Assembly (NCBI GenBank): GCA_907165135.1
Contig: OU015566.1
Span: 992,001 to 1,056,000, forward strand
Length of the DNA stretch: 64,000 nt
Source of the DNA: Oikopleura dioica
Taxonomy: Eukaryota; Animalia; Chordata
Reading direction: 5' to 3'
Below are positions 36,095 through 47,525 of this stretch, piece after piece. The translations under genes and the position numbers were made by a program. Positions within the stretch are counted from its first letter, which is position 1. Every line of letters starts with the position of its first letter. A model generated the notes under the pieces. The model made no database searches. It had not been told where the DNA came from and was given only the letters and a program-made list of their open reading frames with translations.

Positions 36095-37903
36095 CAATCA
36101 GAGGAAAAGTTCTCGAGGAGGATCATCCGTCTAAACCGGATCAGGGCTATCAAGGAGAGCGCGGGAGGGCGCGGCCAAACTTTCAAAATGCAGAAAGAGA
36201 AATTGCAGAATTAGAAGACACAGTCAGGTATTCTTTCAATGATTTTTTCTTGACAGTACCGATGAGAATCTAAACTTTCAGAAGCTTGAATATGATTGAT
36301 CCGAAGCCTTCTCCAGCGATCAGTATTGGAACAACAAGTTCGATGACTAATGGATCTGGAATTCGATCGAGAATTCCAGTGCCAGTTTCAAGGCCGAAAT
36401 TTGAAAGTACCCAGAAAGAGCCTCGAAAGCTCCCTCCTCTCCTTCCCCAAAACTCGGAAGAAAAACGCGAACCCGGGCCGCCCCGATTTCGCCCACCAGA
36501 AGTCGACATCAACAGCTTGATGAACAAATTCTCCAAAAAAGAGCCCGTCCAACCAGCTGCGAAAAAGCAAGAAATCCTCCAGCGGCACAAAGACCTTGTC
36601 TCAACACATCTTCCAAAAAATCAACCAGCAGAGAAATTTCCTTCGCCACCCACGACTCCGAAGCAGCCTCCTTCGGGATTTCAACCAGTCGGGAATTCAA
36701 AACCGCGGCCGTTTGGTTTTTACAACCCTCCATCCGCAGAAACAACAGTTCCTGAGCCGCAGATTACAAAGACAATTCCGTCATTCCATGAGCAAGAGAT
36801 GCAAAGTCCTGACATCTCAAGGGGTGCGCAAGAACACGAACAGCAAGTGCCAGAAATTAAGGGGGAAGAAGAAGAGAAGGATTTTGAAGAGTGGAATGAG
36901 CGATACAAAGATGTACGGGAGGAACACTTGAGCATTTTTGAGGAACAAGAGCAGATGTTTCAGGAGGTAAAGCGTATCCAAAATAAGCGTCCTTTAATCA
37001 TTTATTTAGTTGAAAGAACAAGAAGAAGAATCGCTTAGAGAAGAATCCGAACATCACGACATAGAATATCAAAAACGTCTTCATCAGGTAACTTGAACCT
37101 TCCCTCCCTTTCCCCTCAAAACGAAAATCAGGATCTGGCAGCGATGGAAACGCTCGATTCAAATCCAATTACTTTGCGCAGCATCGCGGCTTCCGAAAAG
37201 CAACCCGAGCCGCAGCCGACAAAGGTCTCAAAACACAGCGATTCGGGATACAATTCCGTTTCCAAGACTTCCAGTTTTCGGGCTTACGAGTCAAGTCGAA
37301 ATTATGAGCAGGGTTCATCGTCCGTCGGAGTCCGAAATTTCACGAGTAAAACAGAGAATTTTGCTGTAACTCAAAAAGCAGATCAGTCAAAATTAGATCC
37401 CCCGTTGCAGAGAACCGGCGAATCAAAAAGCTCTCCATGGCGCTCCAACCAATCAAAATCCTTTGAAGAAAAAGTTCAAGTCAGACAACGGCCAACGATG
37501 AGCTTTGACCCTCCAACCACTAGTTCAATTCCCGCCAGGAGCAGCACTTTTTCACCAGCTTCAGCGAGTAGATTCGGTCAAAAACAATCGATTGATGATT
37601 TGATCAAAAAATTTCACGTAAAACTTCTTTGAAAAAAGATCCTTTCTGAGCATTTTTTAGCCAAGGTCGGTCAAAACGCAGCCGCAAAAAGCTGCAGATT
37701 GGATGCCTCCTACTTTGCAGAGAATCAAGAAAAAACCCTGCGTGAAGAGCCGAGTCTCTGCGTTTGAAAACATTTCCGAGGTTCGAGGTTTCCAATCGGC
37801 TCCTCCTTTCAAATTGATTTTTAGGACCGGCCGGCAAATGATCCGCCTCAGCAGCAGGTCTTCAATTATCGAAGATAGCTCAACTTTACACCATTGTTTC
37901 TAA
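36095..37903 (+). CDS. Pro/Ser-rich, largely disordered protein with a short coiled coil; boundaries approximate
   Basis: Long open exons 36286-36968 and about 37130-37617. Recurring DINSLMNKFSKK / SIDDLIKKFH / VKSRVSAFEN motifs. Confidence 0.45.
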
Positions 37904-37986
37904 AGTACAATAACACAATTTACACTTAATTTATGCTGCTTATAAACTGCCTGCTCAATACATTAATCAATAAATGAACCGAAAAG

Positions 37987-38114
37987 CTCGGCTCAGCAAA
38001 ATGTGCGGAAAACCTGAGTCAGGGTCTGAAAGATCGCTTATCAAAAGCCGCGTAGCTCTTGAAACCTCTTTCAGGACCCTGACTCAGGTTTTCTTCAAAC
38101 TTTGCCGAGCCCAG
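37987..38114. mobile_element. hAT-type MITE, CCTGAGTCAGG family
   Basis: ctcggctc ... agcccag termini. Flanks ccgaaaag and gcgaaaag match 7/8. Confidence 0.8.
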
Positions 38115-38396
38115 GCGAAAAGTCTTTACAAAGGCATTTATTCAAAATCGCCTAGCACAGTTAAATAATCATTCCTAATTAGGAAAACTTACAATTCGCT
38201 ATTTAAAAGCGAATGTTCTTTGCAGAATAGGTTCTTTCTAGGTATGTATATGTCAGAAAATGAGAAGTGAAATTGCAAGTTTTTTTCTAATTTGGTCTTA
38301 CAAGTTATTGATGATAATTTTTCTCTAAAATATTATTATATACTTTCATATTGCACTTTTGGTCGATAAATGGAAAAGAAGGGAGGGAATGGCAAT

Positions 38397-40268
38397 TTAC
38401 AGTTCATCGATTCGGCGGCCCCACTGGTCGTATTCGCCGTCTTCTTCGTCGTCTCCCCAGTCGAAGTCGTCAAGATCGATGTCCTAAGAGTAGAAATTTA
38501 GTCGCTTGTAATCACGGGAGAGTACTTACATCTTCGTCAACTTCAAGTTGTCCATCCTTTCCGTCCCAGGCTTCGACAGTTAAAATCGGCACGAATTCTT
38601 CGAAGCTCGAAACAGCAGTTCCAGTCTTTCCATAAGCGATATTTCTAAAAGGCCATCAATCAGTGCAAAAGCTTTAGAGAGTGAAAGAACTACCTGAAAA
38701 ACTCCTCCATTCCGCTCTTGCTGAATCCCTGGAGCATCTTGACGGCCAAGTGTTTTCTTGGATTAACGACGATGAGCGATGGGAAGTCGGAAACACCGAG
38801 TTGCTTCTCAAGCTCGGGCTGAGTTCCGACTGTGGTCCAGAGCCATCCCCACTTTTTGCGCTTGTAGACCTCGATCATATCTCGGATCAGCTTCAGTCGG
38901 TCGTTTCGGCCGGCAGCTTGGTCGTCCAAAATGTGGGGAAGGAAAGCAACAATGCACACCTTACAAATCATATTTAGACAAAGTTGAACATCAAGCACCC
39001 TTGGCGAGCTCTTTGGAGGGTGTAGCGATTTTTACCTGAGCATCGGTGCAGGCTTTATCGAGGGCATCCTTGCCAGTAAGCTCGAAAAGCTCTGGTGGAT
39101 CGGCGACGTCTTCGAAGAGGATCATAGCTTGAGCGACGATGTCATCAGCAGTTCGGCCTCCATTGTAGTCCTCGACTCGACCATCGGGGTAGAAGATCTT
39201 GATCGTTGGGTAGCCTTAATTTTCGTTAGAAAGTTCGCTCCAATAATTCTCAATCTACCTTGGATTCCGTATTGTCCGGCGATTTGCTGAGCCTGGGTCG
39301 CATCAAGATGACCGAGTTTGACCTTTCCACCAGTTTCGGCGGCGACAGTATTTGCAGCTGATTTCCACTCGGGCTCCAATCGCTGACAATGGCCGCACCA
39401 GGGGGCGTAGAATTCAACGAGCCAGGGGTCGCCGCTCTCAATCACCTTCGATCGGAAGTTGCTTTCCGTGAGGATGGTCGATCCCTTTCCACTTTTGCCA
39501 GATTTGCCGGAAGAACCAGAAGATCCGCCGCTCGATTTGCCGCCAGAAGCCTTGTCCTTGGTCAACTTTCGGAGCTGCTTGAAAGCTTCGTCTCCCATGG
39601 CGTCAGCTGTTCGCTGCCCGTTGTAATCGATTGGTTTCTGCTTGTTGTAACCGAAGATTTTGATAGTTGGGAAGCCCTTGATTCCAAATGGAGCGCCGAC
39701 AGATTGGTGCTGGGTCATGTCCACAGCTCCGACATTTACAGTTCCCTGAAAGAAGCCTCATTGAAGGCCTTATTCGAAATAATGTATCATTACCTTGAGT
39801 TCCTTTGCCAATTTTTTGTATTCCGGAGCCATGGATTTGCAATGTCCACACCAGGGCGCGTAAAATTCCACAATCCAAAGTTCATCGGATTTTGTGACTT
39901 TTGAAGCGAAATTCGACTGCGTCAATTCGACGACATCATCTGACGCAGAGTAAAGTGCGTTTGCCAAGCCCAAAACGACGCTTATCAGGCGCAAAACTAA
40001 AGAAAAAATTATAAAATGATAATATTTTTAAAATTCTCTGATCTAAAATAATTCCGATAACCTCTTAAAATCGGCGTTTTTTGAAAGAAAAGGTTCAAAA
40101 TAGCGAAAATCAAGCTTAAAATTTGCTTTTTTATAAAATTTTATTATGAAAAATCTTCGATTTTCGAAGTTATTCGCTCTGAAATGCCAATTTTAGCAAG
40201 TTATTCTCCGTTTCCTTTCTCTTATTTTTATTTCTCTAGAAAAAAATAACGATTTTCTTACCCTTCAT
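38397..40268 (-). CDS. PDIA6: Protein disulfide-isomerase A6 (P5)
   Basis: Signal [16 protein letters not shown]; two FYAPWCGHC thioredoxin sites; [11 protein letters not shown]; acidic tail ending IDEL* (ER-retention-like). Confidence 0.93.
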
Positions 40269-40814
40269 GACCACAATTCTCTAAAAAACGTAGTGAAGAG
40301 CGAATTTTGCCGAAAATTGAAATCCTGAACATGACGTGTTCATCTAGCGCGGAGCAAGCGTGACGTGTTACAAATGGCGCGCGCTGACTGGATTTCCTGG
40401 TGGCGCTAAGTTTAATTTTCAAAAGGGAAAATTGAAAAGGCAAAATTTGTGGTTCTCTGGAAAAGTAGTTAATTTGGGTTAAAAAATTGGCCGAATTCTT
40501 TCCGAAAGAATTGAAATCCATTGAAAAAATATACTAAAAAAATATCAATATTTTTTTTTTGTAAATTTAAATCTAATTTGTTCCACAAGAAAAAAAAATT
40601 ATTATAAAAATACGAAAAAATAAAGAGATTCTGAATTTCGGTTTTTTTTTCTCTGAAAACGAGAGCGTGGGAAAATTCAAAGAGCGCGGGCGATTCGTTC
40701 CTTTCTCTTTCTCGTTTGCTCGCGGCGATTAAATTTATCCACGGAATTGAGAAAAAAGGAGAAATTCAAGGAAATTCATCAAGAGAAAAATGCTAGGCGA
40801 AAAGCTGAATGAAT

Positions 40815-42875
40815 AATGAATACGCCACTTGAATGCAGGTAAATATTTTTATGCTATTTTTTGATTTCTAATTTTATGATTTTCCGATTATCTAAATTAT
40901 TAATTTAATGCGTTGATGACCTTATTTTCAAGGTTGAAATATTCCTGTTCAATATTTTAATGTATTTTCTATTAAGAAAATTTAATAAAAAGTCGTAAAT
41001 TTAATTTTTTTGAACTTAAAAAAGGGTGTCTCCAGTTAACTCACTCATAATTTCAGATGCTACCACAACTGCCCCAATGGAAAAGTCAACTCCACCTGCC
41101 CGGCCCTTGGAAAGTGCTACATCCATCTAGAATCAATTTCGAACAAAGAACACGAGCTCCGCGCCGGTTGTCTTCCTCCCCACAAAAGCGGCCCGATTCA
41201 ATCCACGCTTGATGGAAACATTCCGCTAAATGCCTCTTTTATCGATCAATGCCACGAAAATGTGGATCACAATGACATTCCAAATCAAAATCTCAAGGTA
41301 AAATTCTCAAGCAAAAACCGATTCCCTAATCTCTTTTCAGTTACTCTGCTGCGACCCGTTAAAAGACGGAACACTCTGCAACGACAAACTGAACATGACC
41401 CCCGAAGCGTACGTCAAGCCACCCATGGCGGCTGAATTTTCGATGGCGATCGTCATCGTCATTTCTATCGGCGCCACTTGCGGAATCCTCCTCTTCGGGA
41501 CGCTCTTCCATCGCTTCTACGAGTCGCGAAAGTTCAAGGCGAAAGCGCAAACGGGCCAAAGCGGCGATTTCAACTCGACGGAGAGCACTCGTCTTATGGA
41601 CACGACCACGGGCTCCGGCAGGGGGACCAGGTTCCTTTCTTTTCTCGCGCTTTATTTGCTTTATCGCTTTCTTTTTTAGCAATCTGGCCAGACGAACCAT
41701 CGCCAAGGACCTCTCTGTCTCGACACAGGATGCTATTGGACAAGGAATCCGGTTGTTAAGATCTTTCACCATTTTTATGCTTCCATTCATGCTCTTTCCC
41801 AATAGTTATCAACCCTCAAAAAAGGCCGCTTCGGCACAGTCTTCTCTGGCAGCTTCCGCTTCGACAAAGTAGCGATCAAATACTTCTTCCCGCAGTGCGA
41901 AGATTCCTTCCAAAACGAGACCGCGATCTTCCACAAGCCAACAATCAACCTCCGCGACGAGCACATCGTCGGCTTCGTCGCCTCAGACATTTTCCACTCG
42001 CCTCAGGGCGAAATCAAACGCATCATCGTGATGGACCACATCGCCGGTGGAAGCTTGAGAGATTATTTGACGATTAATGCGCCGAAAATTGGCGAAGAAC
42101 ATTGCTTGAAAATGTGCGAAAGTTTGGTCAAAGGGGTTTCTTTTCTGCACATGGAAATTAATGGGCAGAAGGGAAAAGAAAGCATCGCGCACAGGGACTT
42201 ATCAAATACGTCTGTAATGGTAATGCAAGACTCCGGAAGCAGTTCCTTTATATACTACTTCAGATCAAGCCAAATGGACTCTGCTGCATCGGCGATTTCG
42301 GCCGTGCGTTTGCTCGTCCGATCCGCGAAGCCGCCGAAGAAGCCTCCAAGCCCGTCTTTTCTCGAGAACCAACTCTTCTTTACGCCCCGCCAGAGCACTT
42401 TCTCACGCGCGATCCCCTCCGCGGCCAGACTTTTGAAGAAATGACGGCGGCGGATGTTTGGTCGATGGGACTGCTTCTTTGGGAAATGACCAACGCTGTG
42501 GGGAATCTCGGCGGTTATTTTCCAGCTTATTTTTTGGAAACTGGGATTCCGCAAAATCGAAATTTTCAGTTCATGCATTCCCTGCACAGTACGTTTCGGT
42601 CATTGCTCGGAAACCTGTGCACAAACCTGAGTCAGGGTCCCGGAAAGCCGCGTAGTTTCACACAGTCCCTGACTCAGGGTTCTGCACAGGTTGCCGTGTA
42701 CAAAAATAGGCTGGCTAGTAATAATCTTGAAATTTCAGCACAAAAAATCATTCCCGCTGAGCCGCATTTCAACCTTCTGTACAAAATGACGACCCAGTGC
42801 CTTACCTTCCGCTGGCAAGATCGCATCACTTCCTACAAAGCCCTCAAATCGCTCCAAGAACTCTCTTCCTCCTGA
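40815..42875 (+). CDS. TGF-beta/BMP/activin type I-like receptor Ser/Thr kinase, divergent; 5' end unresolved
   Basis: Cys-rich ectodomain with CC-x-CND; TM AIVIVISIGATCGILLFG; GS-like TTTGSGRG..RRTIAK; KGRFG, VAIK, GSLRDYL, IAHRDL, CCIGDFG, DVWSMGLLLWE. Confidence 0.85.
42609..42695. mobile_element. Short MITE, CCTGAGTCAGG family, in the last receptor intron
   Basis: ggaaacctgtgcacaaacctgagtcaggg ... ccctgactcagggttctgcacaggttgcc. Confidence 0.8.
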
Positions 42876-43078
42876 CTTTTTATGACAAAGCTGTAGATTC
42901 AGACCTGCTTTACTAGCTATTTCTTTTCAAAATTGTGACTTGAAAAAAATAAACCAAAATTGCCTTTCAAAGATTCTTTGTCAAATTTAGCGTAGAACGC
43001 AATTCTGATAGGTTAGAGCCTTTTCTTGAGCATTTTGATTGGCCAAGAAGAAATTTCTTCAGAAAAATTTTTCAGAAA

Positions 43079-45304
43079 ATGCCGCCGAAATCGAAAATAT
43101 TCGCGAAAGCTCGGGCTCGCTTGACTTCCTTCGGCGTCGAAGTCGTCAAAGAACCGACTGGTCAAGTGGTCATCTTTAATGGAGGAAGATTAAATAATAT
43201 TTCGAAGAGCAAAATTGAAAGTTTCATAAGAACAGCGACGGAAATGGCGAACTTGCAGATGAAGGTCTTTATGCCGAAAAAGTCTTATTCGATCGTTGAG
43301 CTTCAGGATAAAAGGTTTGGCTTTGAAAAATGACATTCAGAGACATTTGCGAATTGATTTTGAAAACATGAATAGACTTTCAGAAGATCTCATGATGTCT
43401 GTTGATGTCTGTAGCTGCCAACGGATGTCTCTGGATGTCCCTTTCATGTAGAAATGTCCCATGACATCTCCTGACTTTGAATAACCTTTTTTTCAAATTC
43501 AGTCTGTGCGAAATTCTAACGAATCTTTCCGCCTCGGATTCCGAAAAGCCCCTTTTTCTTCAAGACGAAAAATCAAAAGATGTCTCGATTCTATTCTTCC
43601 ATATTTCCAGCGCCGGCGAAGGCGATCTTGAGGACATTCTACCGGAGAAGCCAGAAGGGTTGGAGCTCTTCGAGAATCTTATATCAAAGGAAGAGGAGGA
43701 CGAAATCGAGAAAGAAGTGATGAAGAAAATGGATTCTTCAGGAATTGGTCGACTCAGAAAGTGTAGTCACCAGGAAACCCTTTTGGGTGGTCGGAATTAC
43801 GTCCCGGTTGTCTTCATTGCCGATTTTTTTGTACAACCTCTTCATCCCAAAATTAAACCCCACTTTCAAAAGCCATATGCTCTTTGTGGTTTCTGAAGTT
43901 GACCAGAAAAGAGCTCAAACATCGCCAAGTCGTTCATTTTGGCCACCATTTCGACTACACGACCAATTCTGGCTCCAAAGAAGATATTTCTCCCATTCCA
44001 GATGCGATTGAAAGAATACGAACGAAACTGGTGGAAGATTTTGGGGAAGATTTTGATCAAATTACGGCGAATATCTACACCCCGGGCGATGGAATTCCAC
44101 CGCATGTAGGGAAATGGGTTCATTTTCTCATTTTTATGTTTGAAAATACGACTTCAAGTCGATATATGGAACCCTTTTAAACAGACAATCCGAGTAAATT
44201 TGGCGAAAAAATCATCAGCTTGAGTTTGTTGTCCGACTGCACGATGGACTTCTCCAGGGCCGGGAACGACTACAGTTGCGATTTGAAACGCCGATCGCTG
44301 CTGGTTTTGACTGGAGAAAGTCGGTATACGTGGACGCATCAGATAATGGCGAGGAAAAACGATTATCCCGACGGAAACGTCAGAGAACGGGGCAATAGAA
44401 TTTCACTGACTTTTCGGCGCTGTATTGGTACTCGATTGGTACAGTTTATTTTTTGTGAAAATAAAATTTAGACGACGAAGAAGAAGCAGCAAGAATCATC
44501 GAAAAGAATCTCGTTAAAGACGTTTACGACCATATTGCCGATGATTTTTCCGCATCGAGGTACAAAATGTGGCCTCTTGTCGAAGAATTCGTCGATCAAG
44601 TGCCCAAAGATCATTTTGTTGTTGGTAAGTTTTTGTGCCAAAAAGCTTTCTTGAGATTTTTTTCAAGATCTTGGTTGTGGAAATGGCAAGAACCTGTTGA
44701 AAATCAAGGATCGTGGGCTTGGCTTAGAATTGAGCTCGAATTTGGCGAAGATTTGCGGCTCAAGAAACATTGAAGTCGCTGTTGGAGATTGCACGAGAAC
44801 GCAGCTGAGGGATGAAATCTGCGATGTGGTCATTTCCATCGCAGTCTTGCATCACATGAGCTCGGTAAAGAGAAGAGTTGAGGCGTTGAAAGAAATTGGA
44901 AGAATTCTACGCCCGGGTGGAAAAGCGATGGTGACTTCTTGGGCGATGGAACAAACGAACGAAGAGGGAAAAGCTTCAAATTATGCGAAAAAGGAAAATA
45001 GCGCGAAATCACCGAATTCTGCGCATTTGCCGATTCACAAAGCAAGGACGAATTTTGAGGCGCAGGATGTGCTTGTTCCATTCAAAGGTACGAAAAATGG
45101 CAAAAGGCCACTGTTTTTCCTGCTTTTTAAGGCTCCAAGGAGGGAAAATCGACTGATCCAGCGGCAAAGCATCGTTTCTATCACGTGTTTATCGAAGGCG
45201 AAATGAAATCGTTGGCGCAGGAAGCCGGCTGCTTTCAAGAAATCAAGGAAGTTTATGATGATGGAAATTATGTCCTGTTTCTGCGAAAATCTATCGATAA
45301 ATAA
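43079..45304 (+). CDS. ALKBH8: tRNA wobble-uridine methyltransferase/hydroxylase ALKBH8 (RRM, AlkB, Trm9-like MTase)
   Basis: FNGG..MPKKSYS (RRM); HRQVVHFGHHFDY; QITANIYTPGDGIPPHVD; RRSLLVLTGESRYTWTHQI; RISLTFR; VYDHIADDFS; DLGCGNGKNL; SIAVLHHMSS..RR; RFYHVF. Confidence 0.92.
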
Positions 45305-45413
45305 ACAGACTAGAATCATTCATTGATTATTTTTATTTTTGCAGAAAGGAATATAAAATAGGCAAAAGTTGAACTTGTTAGACTTGAAAGTCGATGCTGT
45401 GTTGCTTTGGGCA

Positions 45414-47076
45414 TTATTTCTCGAAAGGAGCTGAGACAAACTCGATGACGACATTCATCAGTTTTTCGACATACTCGCCAAGTTTTTCTGAAAAAAAATT
45501 CGCAATTAGTATTTCTTTTTTACTTTTTCGAAAGCAACGGTTCAGTCACAAAGCTAATACAAACATTTATCAGATCTTCAACATATTTCACCATATCCGC
45601 TAAAGCACCAATAATTTTCTTAATCACCATCTTTCCTACCTTTCGGACTCGTGATTTGATCACCATTGAGTCTATTCAACATTGCGGCACATGCACATAA
45701 ACTTTTAACCTTGGCGCGGTTGCACGACGCGATGAAGAGGCAAGCTTCCATTTCAAAGTTGATGACGTTGTGGACCGATGAGAGCTCTCGCAGCCACTGG
45801 AGTTTTTCTTCAGAAGTGTAGTGGCAAAATGCTCCGTCTGTTCTTCCTTGTCCTGAAAGAAAAAGATGAGAAATCTTCCAATAAAAAACTCAATTACAGT
45901 ACCTTCATAAAAATCATCCGTTGAAACAGTATTTCCAATCGCATATGTTAATCCTGCTCTGTCGACATGTTCTGAGAAGTTTTTGATCGTCTCGTCACAT
46001 GCTGTTGAAGGAAGCTTGATCACTAGAATCGTTAAGAATTATCTGCGAAAGCCTCCTTTCTCACCTTTTCCACAAGCAGCATATGGAAAGTAAGGCTCGA
46101 TAAGTTGAGTGTAGCCGGTTTTCGTGATGCAAATCGTCCCTGCTTCTTGTCCAACGCCTCTAGAAAAAAATAAAAAGACGAGGAAAAATTCGCTTTACTT
46201 ACCCGCAAGTTCCCATTCGGATGAAAGTGAGATTCTTTGCTTTTGCATAGAAAAGGAGTTTGAGAACTTCGTGAAGAGCAATCGAGAGTGAGCCGAAGCC
46301 CATTCCATGGTTGAGAATAAGCGTGTTGGCGATTTTGAACATGACGTAACGACCTCCTTTCTTGGCGAGATCGTTTTGGGCGCATTGGGGATCCAGGTCC
46401 GGTAGTTTATCTGAAATTCATTTTTTACTGTAATTTGTTAAAGTAAAATCTACGTACTTCAGCTCGAGCAAAATTTAGGATGCACCGGGCTTATCGTTCG
46501 CCATCTATTAGCCCTTCTCTCGGTTAGGGTTAGGGGACTGGGGATCCCGAAACGGGGGGGGGCGAAGACCCCTGGGTGAGGCCTAAGGGGGTTCTTAGGG
46601 GTGTAGTTCCCTGGGTTAGGGTTAAGGGCTGCCCGGTTTTTTACGGTAGTAGGGGGTTATCATTCGAGCTGCCCCTAACCCTAAACCTAACCGAGGGGGC
46701 TTTGCAACCCGAACCCCCCCCCCCCGAGAGTTCTCAGTCCCAAACCCAAACCACTAGCCGAGATTCTCGAGATATTGGATGGCTCGAATCACACGCTCCA
46801 ACGATAACCCCTGTCTTCGCTTTTGACCCCAAACTACCAAAGTAAGCTCTGGATCTTACCTTTTAAATGATTATAAAGAGCCTTGGCAAAACTTTCCATT
46901 CTCCCCTCAGATCCGCCCATGACGACAAAATTGACATCTCCGAAAGCTTTCTCTAAGTTGGTCGTTTTGTTGTCAATTCCAAAGTGGTAGAGGAAGTCGA
47001 CATCGATGTTTTTCAAATTTTCATTTTGAAGCTGCACTGAGCCATCCGAATTCATCCTAGGAGTTAAAAGGCTCAT
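45414..47076 (-). CDS. UPP1: Uridine phosphorylase (UPP1/UPP2 family)
   Basis: FVVMGGSEGRM; GRYVMFKI; NHGMGFGSLSIALHE; FIRMGTCGG; TDDFYEGQGRTDGA; NFEMEA; LNRLNGDQI. Start may be the ATG at 47055. Two alternative last exons. Confidence 0.92.
46510..46760. repeat. G/C-tract-rich intronic repeat with telomere-like TTAGGG/CCCTAA units
   Basis: ggttagggttagggg, gggttagggttaaggg, cccctaaccctaaacctaacc. Segment 46640-46690 matches 17276-17340. Confidence 0.65.
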
Positions 47077-47345
47077 TATTTTTATTTCTTTGATTTGAAT
47101 TTGGACTGAAGTTTAGAGGTTTGGGAAATATGGGTGGGGCGCATTGCGGGTTCTTGAATTGCTCAAGGGGAGGTTATGGTAAATTCTAGGGCGGGGGAAA
47201 ATTCCCGTCATGAGGATCGAGCTTCTCGTTTTTTTGCTTATTCTATCAATATTTTTTCTCAAATTATCAAAAATTGAAAGAAATCACGCTCGTGAAATTT
47301 TTTCATTGCGCAAAATTCACGGAGTACAGCCCATAAAATTTGATA

Positions 47346-47525
47346 ATGTCAATATTTGTTGACCGAAAAAACAGGTCAAATAGTGTTCAAATTGGATCGG
47401 TTTGTCAAACTTACTGAAGATCATATGAGGTCATTTTTTTGGCGAAAGGGTTGAAACTGAGATTTTTTTGTTTTGAGCGGATAAGGTGGATTCCCACGTG
47501 ACTTTTGTTCTAGAAAATTTATTGA
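47346..47525 (+). repeat. Dispersed repeat of about 180 bp; inverted copy at 51631-51810
   Basis: Reverse-complement alignment by eye is roughly 85-90% identical. Confidence 0.8.
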
